DNA of 64,000 nt from Candidatus Microgenomates bacterium (GTDB lineage: Bacteria; Patescibacteriota; Microgenomatia; UBA1400; UBA12108). The notes beneath the pieces are model-generated. The model searched no databases. It was not told the origin of the DNA and saw only the letters and a list, made by a program, of their open reading frames with translations. This document shows, piece by piece, positions 1 to 8,779 of the stretch. Each line of letters begins with the position of its first letter. Positions within the stretch are counted from its first letter, which is position 1. A program made the translations under genes and the position numbers. The stretch is from the NCBI GenBank assembly GCA_003576945.1, contig QEVC01000002.1, forward strand, positions 5,792 through 69,791. The letters run 5' to 3'.

Positions 1-304
1 TCTCTCAGATCTAGAAACTGCCAAAAGACTTAGCCTAGATCTTGTAATTATCATATTGCATGATAATCGCTTTGGAATGATCGACTGGAAACAAGCCTCT
101 CACAACTATCCTAGCTTTGGTCTCGAATTTGGTAACCCAGATTTTGTACATCTTGCCCAAGCATACGGGCTAAAGGGATATCATCTCAACTCACCCTCAG
201 ATTTTAATCAAACTCTAGAGCTTAGTTTGTCAGAACCCGGCATTCACTTAATCGATTACCCTATCGACTACTCAGACAACCAATATCTAGGAAAAAAAGC
301 ATGA
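1..304 (+). CDS. TPP-dependent acetolactate synthase-like enzyme, C-terminal fragment (5' end outside window)
   Basis: Frame continues from position 2. C-terminal TPP-binding region resembles ALS/AlsS ('VIIILHDNRFGMIDWKQ', 'FGNPDFVHLAQAYGLKGY'). Ends 3 nt into the next gene. Confidence 0.55.
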   Translation, partial: LSDLETAKRLSLDLVIIILHDNRFGMIDWKQASHNYPSFGLEFGNPDFVHLAQAYGLKGYHLNSPSDFNQTLELSLSEPGIHLIDYPIDYSDNQYLGKKA

Positions 305-1665
305 ACTTTACCTCTATTAACCCCACAACAGGTAAAGTCATTAAGGAGTATGAATATCTCACTCCTGATCAGATACAAACTAAGCTAGAATTAGCCGAAA
401 CTGGCTACAAAACCTGGTCACAAACTCCTCTAAAATCACGAATTAAGCTCTTAAAAAAACTCGCCACTAACCTCCTTGCAAAAAAATCTGATTTTGCAAA
501 TCTCATGACCCTCGAAATGGGTAAAAGAACTGTAGATGGAATTGCCGAAATAGAAAAATGTGCTTGGGTATGCCAATATTACGCCGAAAACGCAGAGAAA
601 ATACTAAAGCCAAAAACAGTAAAAACTGATGCCGATGAGAGTTATGTTAGATATGACCCTCTAGGAGTTACTCTTGCTATCATGCCCTGGAACTTCCCCT
701 TTTGGCAAGTCTTTCGTGCCGCTGCCCCAGCACTAGTTGCTGGCAACTCTATGCTCCTCAAACATGCGAGCAGTGTTCCTGCCTGTGCACTCGCTATCGA
801 AGATCTATTTATCCAATCTGGCGCACCCCTTGGAACTTTTCAAACCTTACTAGTCGATAGCTCTAGCATAAAGCACGTCATTTCTCACCCCTCGATTCAC
901 AAGATTAGCCTGACCGGTAGCGAAAACGCCGGAATTAGTGTCGCAAGCCTCGCTGGCCAACATCTTAAACCCACAGTGCTCGAACTAGGTGGTAGCGACC
1001 CATTTATCATCCTCCCCGACTGTAATCTAGATCTTGCCCTTCAAGCCGCTAGTACCTCGAGATTGCTAGTCGCCGGACAATCCTGTATTGCAGCCAAAAG
1101 ATTTATTGTTCACAAGAATCTCTATGAAGCATTTATCGAAGGTTTTACCAAAATTCTCTCATCAAAAAAACTAGGTGACCCCTCTAATCCAGAAACCGAT
1201 ATCGGCCCCCTCATTAACAGGGAGGCTCTAGTAGCCCTAGATCGGCAAGTAAAACAAAGCCTTGATGCAGGAGCCAAGCTAATACTTGGCGGAAAACTCT
1301 TAGATTCAACTGGATACTTTTATCCTCCGACCATCCTCTCCGATGTTACACCTGAAATGCCAGTTTTTGCCGAAGAAACTTTTGGTCCAGTCGCGGCAAT
1401 TAGTATTTTTTCTGAATTAGATGAGGCACTCAAACTCGCAAACCATCCCCACTTTGGTCTCGGCGCCTCAGTCTGGACTAACAATAAAAATGTTATAAAC
1501 TTCTTTGCTCAAAAGCTAGAATCTGGCTCCGTCTTTGTTAACTCACTTGTAAAATCTGATCCTCGGCTTCCCTTTGGTGGCACAAAGTATAGCGGCTACG
1601 GACGCGAGCTAGCCTCCGAGGGATTATATGAATATACGAATATTAAAACTGTCTGGATAAACTAA
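301..1665 (+). CDS. NAD(P)-dependent aldehyde dehydrogenase (succinate-semialdehyde DH-like)
   Basis: 454 aa; ALDH hallmarks 'ELGGSDPFII' and catalytic Cys in 'GQSCIAAKRF'. Confidence 0.85.
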   Translation: MNFTSINPTTGKVIKEYEYLTPDQIQTKLELAETGYKTWSQTPLKSRIKLLKKLATNLLAKKSDFANLMTLEMGKRTVDGIAEIEKCAWVCQYYAENAEKILKPKTVKTDADESYVRYDPLGVTLAIMPWNFPFWQVFRAAAPALVAGNSMLLKHASSVPACALAIEDLFIQSGAPLGTFQTLLVDSSSIKHVISHPSIHKISLTGSENAGISVASLAGQHLKPTVLELGGSDPFIILPDCNLDLALQAASTSRLLVAGQSCIAAKRFIVHKNLYEAFIEGFTKILSSKKLGDPSNPETDIGPLINREALVALDRQVKQSLDAGAKLILGGKLLDSTGYFYPPTILSDVTPEMPVFAEETFGPVAAISIFSELDEALKLANHPHFGLGASVWTNNKNVINFFAQKLESGSVFVNSLVKSDPRLPFGGTKYSGYGRELASEGLYEYTNIKTVWIN

Positions 1666-2669
1666 AGACTCTCAAACCACCCCAAGTCCCTCGAAACTAC
1701 CATATTCCACTGTGGCCTCATATTATGGTCCGCCCCTGGGTATTCATAATAAGTATAACTTTTATCTTGCTCCTTTAATCTCTCTCCTAGCTCTCGATTC
1801 CACGTAACTGGCACCGCGTCATCCACTGTTCCCTGATGAATTACGAGCGGCATCTCGATCCAATCAAGATATTTATCGATCGAGTATTTAAAAACATCAT
1901 ACTCAGCTTCAAATTTTGCAATCTCGCTCCGTAGCCACTTGCCCTGATCTTCTGCCTCATCTGTATAAAACAGGATGTTATAAGGAAACGGTTTGGACAC
2001 CGGCGCCCAGAGAGTGGCACCTAATACGGATTCACGGCTATACGGATTCACGGATTTACGTTTACCTAGCACCTCTGCCACCGAGAGCATGATCTGTCCC
2101 CCGTTGCTATGTCCCCAGAGATAGACTTTGTTTAAATCTACTTGCGACAAACTCGACAAACTCGCGATTAAGTCCAGGATTTCTACCGGCTTAACCAGTC
2201 TCGCCCCGAGCGCATTTTCATCCTCTTGATCGCTTTCCCCATAACCCGAAAAATCCGGAGCAATAGTAATGTAACCATTCTTAGCATATATAGCCGCGGC
2301 GTTACGGGTCCCTGTGCCAGTCGTATAGCCATCTTTCTCGACATACCCCCTCGCCATCACTATAACCCCTACAGGGTGTAACCCCGTAGGCAGATTTAGC
2401 TGTCCACTAATCCGTCTCCTTTCGCTCTGGTAGTAAAAAACATAGCTACTATACTCGTCTGTCTTTGTAATTTCTCTACCTATCTCAATCTGACTAGCTT
2501 TATCCTCCCGCGCAACTAGTCGCTCAAAACTATACTTCTCGTAAGGTTTCTCCGCCACGGTAGCCTCACCCTGTGGCGAAACCACTCGCTCATTTTGGTT
2601 ACCTAAATAAAACCACGTTCCCACCCCAATCAGAGCTAGCAGGAGGATTAGTCTCACTCCACGTTTCAT
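1662..2669 (-). CDS. secreted alpha/beta-hydrolase (S9/dienelactone-hydrolase-like)
   Basis: N-terminal hydrophobic segment; nucleophile elbow 'GHSNGG'. Contains an ACGGATTC tandem repeat in frame (2024-2066). Confidence 0.55.
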   Translation of the reverse strand: MKRGVRLILLLALIGVGTWFYLGNQNERVVSPQGEATVAEKPYEKYSFERLVAREDKASQIEIGREITKTDEYSSYVFYYQSERRRISGQLNLPTGLHPVGVIVMARGYVEKDGYTTGTGTRNAAAIYAKNGYITIAPDFSGYGESDQEDENALGARLVKPVEILDLIASLSSLSQVDLNKVYLWGHSNGGQIMLSVAEVLGKRKSVNPYSRESVLGATLWAPVSKPFPYNILFYTDEAEDQGKWLRSEIAKFEAEYDVFKYSIDKYLDWIEMPLVIHQGTVDDAVPVTWNRELGERLKEQDKSYTYYEYPGADHNMRPQWNMVVSRDLGWFESL

Positions 2670-3922
2670 TTATCCACCCCCAACCCGAGTACTCGATCCC
2701 ACTCTAGGAGCAGTTCGACTTTGTCGAAGTTTGGGATATTCGACTTTACCATCCCCCAAACAGTCGCGAGCGCTTTTGGCATCGCTAGGTCATTCTCGAT
2801 CGCTGCCCTAAACTCGGCTTGGTATTTTTCTATTTGCTCCATTTTCTCGCTGGACAACGTGGTGCGCTCAGTCTGGTCGCTCTTTAGGTTTTGGTAAGTT
2901 TTGCGGAGTTTGGCAAGCGCTGTGGCCGCTGCGCCGAGGGCCTCCCAGGTAAAGTTAAGCTGCTTGCGGTAGTGGCCAGTTAAGTAAAAGTAGCGCAAAG
3001 CCAAAGGCTCATACCCTCGACTCTCAATCTCGTTCACGGTATATGCGTTCCCGAGTGATTTGCCCATCCTCCCCCCATCAACCAGTAAAAATGCGCCATG
3101 GACCCAGGTCTTAACAAATGGGTGTACCCCCGTTGCCCCCTCAGCTTGCGCGATCTCGTTGGGGTGGTGGGTACTACGGAGGTCCTCCCCTCCCACGTGG
3201 ATATCAAACTGATCCCCTAGGTATTTTGTACTCATGGCCGAACACTCGATATGCCAGCCAGGGAATCCCACTCCCCAGGGTGATCCCCACTCCATATCCC
3301 GCTTCGCTCCACTCTTAGGACTAAATTTCCACAGAGCAAAGTCGCGCGGATCCTTCTTCTCGGGGTTAGGCTCTAGCCGTGCCCCAAACTTGATCTGGTC
3401 GAGCGTCGAGAGCTCACCATACTTTTTCCCCGTTTTTTCGTAGGCTAATACATCAAAATATATCCCATCCCCTATTTTGTATGTCAAATCATTCTTTTCA
3501 AGATCAGAAACCATCGCGATCTGTTCAGGGATATGATCTGTTGCTTTGCATACCACCTCGGGACGCATAATTCCAAGTTTGGTCATATGTACAAAAAATT
3601 CTTGGGCGTACCCCTCACTCACGTCCCACGCACTGCGGCCTTCCTTTTTAGCTGCTTTCTCCAGCCTATCCTCTCCCTGACTACTGTCTCCTTCGTTGTC
3701 GCCCGTCAAATGTCCAACATCAGTCAGATTCATCACGTGAGTCACGTCATATCCGAGATATCGCAAACTCCGGCTCAAAATATCTGATAGTGTGTAAGTC
3801 CGAAAGTTGCCAATGGTAGCTGTCGAGTAGACCGTGGGTCCACAGGTGTACATCCCAACCTTGCCCTGCTCTCTTGGGACTACTTCTTCAACAGTCCTAG
3901 TTAGTGAATTAAATAATTTCAT
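2666..3922 (-). CDS. cysS: cysteinyl-tRNA synthetase
   Basis: 'WHIECSAM' and KMSKS variant 'RMGKSLGN'. The HIGH position reads 'TIGN' (see findings). Confidence 0.9.
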   Translation of the reverse strand: MKLFNSLTRTVEEVVPREQGKVGMYTCGPTVYSTATIGNFRTYTLSDILSRSLRYLGYDVTHVMNLTDVGHLTGDNEGDSSQGEDRLEKAAKKEGRSAWDVSEGYAQEFFVHMTKLGIMRPEVVCKATDHIPEQIAMVSDLEKNDLTYKIGDGIYFDVLAYEKTGKKYGELSTLDQIKFGARLEPNPEKKDPRDFALWKFSPKSGAKRDMEWGSPWGVGFPGWHIECSAMSTKYLGDQFDIHVGGEDLRSTHHPNEIAQAEGATGVHPFVKTWVHGAFLLVDGGRMGKSLGNAYTVNEIESRGYEPLALRYFYLTGHYRKQLNFTWEALGAAATALAKLRKTYQNLKSDQTERTTLSSEKMEQIEKYQAEFRAAIENDLAMPKALATVWGMVKSNIPNFDKVELLLEWDRVLGLGVDK

Positions 3923-3972
3923 AAATTCTCCTCGTTAATTTTACCATCGAATTTATAGGCAAAGTTCACACA

Positions 3973-4470
3973 CTATCCCGCCCCCCAGGCTTTATTTTCC
4001 GCACTCGAACTCTGAGTCGCCGCCTTAAGTCCGATGTCTTCTTGTTGTTTTTTCTGAAACTCAAACTCCTTCTTTTGTTCTTCCTTCTTCTCTTCTATTT
4101 GCTTACGTTGTTCCTCTTTTTGTTCATACTCCATTCTGGCTTTTTGCATCCCACTCTCTATGTTTGTGTCCAAGCCCCACTCGCGCACGAGCTGCTTCCT
4201 GAGCATCTCAATCTCCATTAGATCTTTTTGACCCGACAGGCCCGCATACTTGGCGTAGTCATCTTGGGTTTTAAACCCTGCCTTGGCAAGATCGGTCATC
4301 TGTTGGTTTGCCGGATCATCTCCGGGTGAGTTCGGCTGGGAGGTTTGGCCTTTTTCGTTCTGTACCCCCACCATATCCTTAACCACCTCTACCGGCTCGC
4401 TCGCCACACTCTTCACCACATGCTTAGCGAGTCCCGCCAGATTTTGTCCGACCTGTTTCCACACACTCAT
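3973..4470 (-). CDS. hypothetical coiled-coil protein (KEEQ-rich)
   Basis: 165 aa; low-complexity 'EQKEEQRKQIEEKKEEQKKEFEFQKKQQ'. No recognisable domain. Confidence 0.4.
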   Translation of the reverse strand: MSVWKQVGQNLAGLAKHVVKSVASEPVEVVKDMVGVQNEKGQTSQPNSPGDDPANQQMTDLAKAGFKTQDDYAKYAGLSGQKDLMEIEMLRKQLVREWGLDTNIESGMQKARMEYEQKEEQRKQIEEKKEEQKKEFEFQKKQQEDIGLKAATQSSSAENKAWGAG

Positions 4471-4505
4471 AGATCAACTATAAACTACACGCGAGTCAAA
4501 TTCAC

Positions 4506-4718
4506 TTATCCTAGGTACTGCCGCGCTACCATCAACAACACCAAAATAACCAAAGAATATAGGAGTGTCTTAGTCAAATCCTTCACCACATAGTGACTAG
4601 ATAAGTATCCAAACTCATTCCTGTCTTTTTCTACCTGTTTTTCTGCCACTTTCAAACTAAAATTTTGCAACCTGTATGCTGTCTTAATCTTTTCCTCACG
4701 TGTCTTGGTTCTACTCAT
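4506..4718 (-). CDS. small hypothetical membrane protein
   Basis: 70 aa; C-terminal hydrophobic helix. Overlaps the upstream gene by 8 nt, suggesting an operon. Confidence 0.3.
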   Translation of the reverse strand: MSRTKTREEKIKTAYRLQNFSLKVAEKQVEKDRNEFGYLSSHYVVKDLTKTLLYSLVILVLLMVARQYLG

Positions 4719-5292
4719 CAGTGCCTTCGTTATACTCTTTGTTACTTCTCATATCTTCTTCTATTAGGCGACGCAGGTATACCGCACGCGGCACTCTTTT
4801 ATTCTTTGATATCCAATCTAAATACCTACCTATCCGTGGTGATATAAAAAAGTTAAATCTTACGTCCTGAGCAGTTGAGATGTACTCTAGAGCACTTTTA
4901 ACAACACTCTGAATATCATTTTCATGATATTCGAGTAGAACAAGCTTATCATCTACTCTTCCTCTCAAAAAGAATGGCTCCCGCCCCACTTTATAAAGAG
5001 CCACCACTGGTTTACCAGAATCTAGAGCTTCAGTTAAAATATGACCAACATTTACAGTTGATGGGTACGACAACTCCACAAAAACTGCGTCTGCATTTCT
5101 AACCTTCAACGTAATTTCTTTGTACCATGACTCTATTTGTTGGTTTTCTACAAGATCACTATCCTTCACTCCCGAAAAGAGATGACCAGTAAAAACATCA
5201 ATCTTCTGTGACTTCAACTCATTAACAATCTGCTCGTAATAGGTACCTAACTCATCCTTCTGTGCTGCTGATGCTATAAATACTATTTTCAT
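4711..5292 (-). CDS. nucleoside 2-deoxyribosyltransferase-like (SLOG/DRTase-fold) domain fused to a C-terminal ribbon-helix-helix-like tail
   Basis: N-terminus 'MKIVFIASAA...AVFVELSYPSTVNVGHILTEALDSGKPVVALY' matches the Rossmann-like DRTase pattern. C-terminus 'VPRAVYLRRLIEEDM' resembles an RHH DNA-binding motif. Confidence 0.45.
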   Translation of the reverse strand: MKIVFIASAAQKDELGTYYEQIVNELKSQKIDVFTGHLFSGVKDSDLVENQQIESWYKEITLKVRNADAVFVELSYPSTVNVGHILTEALDSGKPVVALYKVGREPFFLRGRVDDKLVLLEYHENDIQSVVKSALEYISTAQDVRFNFFISPRIGRYLDWISKNKRVPRAVYLRRLIEEDMRSNKEYNEGTDE

Positions 5293-5307
5293 ATATGTCG
5301 TAGTATA

Positions 5308-6339
5308 TCATTTTTTTGTAAAGTCAAAGTAATTTGGATATACCTCGATCTTATCAAATCCTCTTAAGGGCATAAAATCCAAATCAATTACACTATGTGG
5401 AGTCATTTGAGCTAGATCATATTGCGAAGGAGATAGTATCCTAGTATGAAACCCATTATCACCTTTGCGCTCTAATACTCCAACACCCACCCAATGTTTA
5501 GCAACCGAAGTATAAGTACTCCCAATACCGATTGAGTCTTCTTTTGGTAAAGTTGAAAGTATTACCCCGCGACCAAACTTGTCGTTAACAAGTATGTCCT
5601 GAGTAACAGCATACTCATAAAGAACTGCTCTTTTAACTAACCTAATTTTTTGATCATCGGTCGTTTCATGCCAAGGCTCAACTCCATTCCATTTAATATT
5701 TAACCAAGCTCTTCTAATATAGTCTGTTTGCTTTGCTTGATTCCACGAATAAAACCTCTCCTCAGCGTAGGTCATAGCTTTTTGTATCTCTTCTTCATAT
5801 TTAGATCTAGTTCTACCGTCTAGTTCAGTCAGTATATTGATTTTAAAATTATCTGGTAAGTAACGACTAAAGATACTTAGAATTTCCGAAAATCCTACTC
5901 TGTAGGTATCTACTTCTTCTTGCGATAAGTTATTGTGAAGTTGTGGGAGTATAGTTAAAAAATAGTAAGACAAATCAACACCTTGTTTGTATGTAGCGAC
6001 AATCGGTGATAAATACGCAGCTAGATAGACTATATTAAAAAATTCTGCCCAGTTTGGCATAGGTGAAGACTCAACGCGCCATAACTTATAGCATCCTTGA
6101 GCAAAAAATACTCTAATCGGTCGGCACTCCTTGATCGCGTTCGATACCTCTTTATCTACCAATGCCCTACACTCTTCCTCTATACGCCACTTACGATATT
6201 TTTTTGAAAATAATTTTGATTTAATATACTCTTCTAGTCCTACTTTTTTTAGTAAATTTATATCATCCTTACTAGGAATGTAGTTACCACTCTTATGCAA
6301 GAGATCTCTTAGGTAATTATTAGTCAATCCATCTCTCAT
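5308..6339 (-). CDS. hypothetical protein, no recognisable domain
   Basis: 343 aa. Co-directional and tightly spaced with 4711-5292. Immediately 3' of a tRNA-like gene. Confidence 0.4.
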   Translation of the reverse strand: MRDGLTNNYLRDLLHKSGNYIPSKDDINLLKKVGLEEYIKSKLFSKKYRKWRIEEECRALVDKEVSNAIKECRPIRVFFAQGCYKLWRVESSPMPNWAEFFNIVYLAAYLSPIVATYKQGVDLSYYFLTILPQLHNNLSQEEVDTYRVGFSEILSIFSRYLPDNFKINILTELDGRTRSKYEEEIQKAMTYAEERFYSWNQAKQTDYIRRAWLNIKWNGVEPWHETTDDQKIRLVKRAVLYEYAVTQDILVNDKFGRGVILSTLPKEDSIGIGSTYTSVAKHWVGVGVLERKGDNGFHTRILSPSQYDLAQMTPHSVIDLDFMPLRGFDKIEVYPNYFDFTKK

Positions 6340-6344
6340 ATTTG

Positions 6345-6418
6345 AGATGCGAGAAGGATTCGAACCTCCGTCTTTTCGTTTTACAACGAAATGCCTGAAC
6401 CAACTCGGCTATCGCATC
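6345..6418 (-). tRNA. atypical tRNA-like gene (GUA anticodon = Tyr-like, short variable arm, 8-nt anticodon loop or 6-bp stem)
   Basis: Reverse complement gives a perfect 7-bp acceptor stem (GATGCGA/TCGCATC) and T-arm GGAGG-TTCGAAT-CCTTC. The anticodon arm is an 18-nt perfect hairpin TTTCGTTGTAAAACGAAA, one nt longer than canonical. No encoded CCA. Confidence 0.6.
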
Positions 6419-6451
6419 GATTTACACATATTATACTCATTAAAGTGAAAA

Positions 6452-7051
6452 TTATGACACTGCCCTTCTAGTAAGCAGCGCCTGGTGTAATGTAACTTCG
6501 TCGGCATATTCTATCTCAACTCCTGTTGGGAGTCCACGCCCAATCCGTGTAATTATCACATCACATCCATCCAATGCTTGTTTTATGTATAGCGCAGTCG
6601 CCTCCCCCTCCAAGCTCGTATTAGTCGAAAGTATTACCTCTTTTACCCCTCCGCTCTTCACCCGTTTAATTAAGGTGTCAATAAAGAGTTCCTCTGGTCC
6701 CACGTTATTTAGCGGGGAGATTGAGCCATGGAGTACATGATATAGCCCTTTGTAACTCCCTGATTTCTCGAGTGCAATCACATCCTGAAAAGACTCAACC
6801 ACACAAACCAGTGAATTATCTCTAGACTGATCGCTACAAACAGTACACTGATCACTATCAGTTAAGTTGTGGCATATCGTACATAACTTTGTTTGCTTTT
6901 TGAGATTAGTGAGACTCATCCCAAACATCTCGAGGTCTCTCTGAGGCATCCGCAGTAGATAAAAAGCGAGCCGTAGCGCACTGCGCCTACCGATCCCAGG
7001 CAGTTTCTCAAAACTGGATGCTACATCCTCTACAATCTTCGGTAATTTCAT
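6452..7051 (-). CDS. recR: recombination protein RecR
   Basis: HhH 'LPGIGRRSALRLAFYLL', C4 zinc finger 'CTICHNLTDSDQCTVCSD', Toprim region. Start trimmed to an internal Met. Confidence 0.9.
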   Translation of the reverse strand: MKLPKIVEDVASSFEKLPGIGRRSALRLAFYLLRMPQRDLEMFGMSLTNLKKQTKLCTICHNLTDSDQCTVCSDQSRDNSLVCVVESFQDVIALEKSGSYKGLYHVLHGSISPLNNVGPEELFIDTLIKRVKSGGVKEVILSTNTSLEGEATALYIKQALDGCDVIITRIGRGLPTGVEIEYADEVTLHQALLTRRAVS

Positions 7052-7061
7052 CGCAAAAGCT

Positions 7062-7373
7062 CTACTGAGGTTGTCCCCCACCCATTCCACCAAGTAGACC
7101 CTTGAGGCCACCACTCATTTCCTGCAGTTTTTTGGCCGCAATCTGCTGAGATTTCTTGATGGCATCGTTTAGGACTTTAACTAGTCTCTCTTCATATTTA
7201 CCATCGATTGTCACAGTCTGGACTTTTTGATCTGCTGTCATGACTACTCTTATCCCATCTTCCTCAACCTCAATCACTTCTGCTTGCAACTGCTTCTGCA
7301 TCTGTACTGCTTGGTCTCTAATTTGTTTCAATTGTGAAACTTGGCTACCCATCTGTTTAAACTTATCAAACAT
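7062..7373 (-). CDS. ybaB: nucleoid-associated protein YbaB/EbfC
   Basis: 103 aa with a Gly-rich tail; conserved dnaX-ybaB-recR order. Confidence 0.9.
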   Translation of the reverse strand: MFDKFKQMGSQVSQLKQIRDQAVQMQKQLQAEVIEVEEDGIRVVMTADQKVQTVTIDGKYEERLVKVLNDAIKKSQQIAAKKLQEMSGGLKGLLGGMGGGQPQ

Positions 7374-7382
7374 AATTTCCTC

Positions 7383-8618
7383 CTAACTAAATATTGCTAT
7401 TGCTTCATCTATTGTATCATCCGCGTCACTTTTCTTATCCACAACTATCTTCTTTCCCTCCAAAAACTGTGCTTTCATCTGCATCCAGGGTGATTTTAAT
7501 TCTTCTGTGCCCTGCATTTTGACACTGCCACTTTCCATCTTAATATCTACATCTTTAATCGTCTGTTTAGTTGACTTACTCCCATTTTGATTACCAGACC
7601 TGCCGAATTGCTGATTATCACTTATCTGTCCCCAATCAATAATCACCATCTCAAGCAGTAATTCTGGCACTGGACTAATTGCCACCTTTCTCGCAACATC
7701 ATCTAGATTAAACACCAGTTTAATTAACTCTTTACTCTCACCCGCTAGAACGTGGTTTCTCAGTTCCTTCATCAAGGTCACAATTAAATAAACTAGGTCC
7801 ACCCCACGTGAACTAGCAAGATGCAGTTCGTCTAAGGCCACTTGACTATTTCGCTCAATTAACGCTTTTGTAAGAGCAGCAACGCTGTATCCCGAAACCC
7901 CCATTATTGCTTCTTCCATCTGAGCAAGCTCCACCTGATCTGTCTGCGACAACACTTTGTCCAAAATCTTCACTCCATCTCTAAACGAACCATCGACACT
8001 CCGTGCCAGGTAATCTAGTGCCTCCTCACTTACCCTCTTTCCTTCCCCACTTATAACTCTGGCAAAACTGCGCTTCATCTCATCTGGGGTTGCCTTCATA
8101 AATCCAACACTCACGCATCGACTCTGGATTGTCTCTGGCACCTTGTGGGCCTCTGTCGTACATAGGATAAAGATCGCGTGAGCTGGTGGCTCCTCCAAGG
8201 TCTTAAGAAGCGCATTAAATGCCTCAGTCGTCAGCATGTGCACTTCGTCAATGATATAGACCTTATATTTAAGCTCAGCTGGTGCCAATCTTATTTTCTC
8301 TTTTAGTTCTCGGATATCATCAATTCCGCGGTTACTGGCCGCATCAATCTCAATAAAATCTAAGCTCCCACCCGAGAGTATAGATTTACACGCTGAGCAT
8401 TCGTTGCACGGTTCCCCCAACTTTGTCTCGTTCTTCTCACAATTTACGATTCTCGACAATATTCTGGCCGAACTGGTCTTGCCTGCACCTCGTGGACCCG
8501 TAAATAAATATGCATGAGCCACTTCATTCGATTTAATTAGTTTGTAAAATGCCTCACGCACGCTGGTTAGATCAAGTTCTTCAACTTTCTTGGGACGATA
8601 TTTAAGATACAAACTCAT
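7383..8618 (-). CDS. dnaX: DNA polymerase III subunit gamma/tau (short form)
   Basis: Walker A 'GPRGAGKTSSARIL' and zinc module 'CNECSACKSI'. Confidence 0.9.
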   Translation of the reverse strand: MSLYLKYRPKKVEELDLTSVREAFYKLIKSNEVAHAYLFTGPRGAGKTSSARILSRIVNCEKNETKLGEPCNECSACKSILSGGSLDFIEIDAASNRGIDDIRELKEKIRLAPAELKYKVYIIDEVHMLTTEAFNALLKTLEEPPAHAIFILCTTEAHKVPETIQSRCVSVGFMKATPDEMKRSFARVISGEGKRVSEEALDYLARSVDGSFRDGVKILDKVLSQTDQVELAQMEEAIMGVSGYSVAALTKALIERNSQVALDELHLASSRGVDLVYLIVTLMKELRNHVLAGESKELIKLVFNLDDVARKVAISPVPELLLEMVIIDWGQISDNQQFGRSGNQNGSKSTKQTIKDVDIKMESGSVKMQGTEELKSPWMQMKAQFLEGKKIVVDKKSDADDTIDEAIAIFS

Positions 8619-8779
8619 GTAACTACTTTACCACGTCGCGAACTTAACTTGCAGTCGTATCTCACAACAAAAAAATATTCGCAGAGCGGGTAGCTCGAGA
8701 CATAGATCAAAATTTCAGCAGAAATTTATGATCGGTTTTTTGTGTGATGGTACGACGAAAAGTTAAGAGTGAGCGACTC

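Noticed and set aside
3118-3787. Three 66-84-aa plus-strand ORFs inside cysS
   Set aside because: They are antisense to a well-supported gene with no independent support.
6345-6418. Calling the first tRNA-like gene a second functional tRNA-Tyr
   Set aside because: The anticodon arm is non-canonical and the variable arm is class-I-like, while a canonical class-II tRNA-Tyr exists at 60702-60789. Function is left open.
8619-8779. Possible small structured RNA (SRP/6S-like) in the dnaX-ybeY spacer
   Set aside because: Only a short hairpin (aagagt-gagcg-actctt) was found, with no recognisable conserved core; not reported as a feature.
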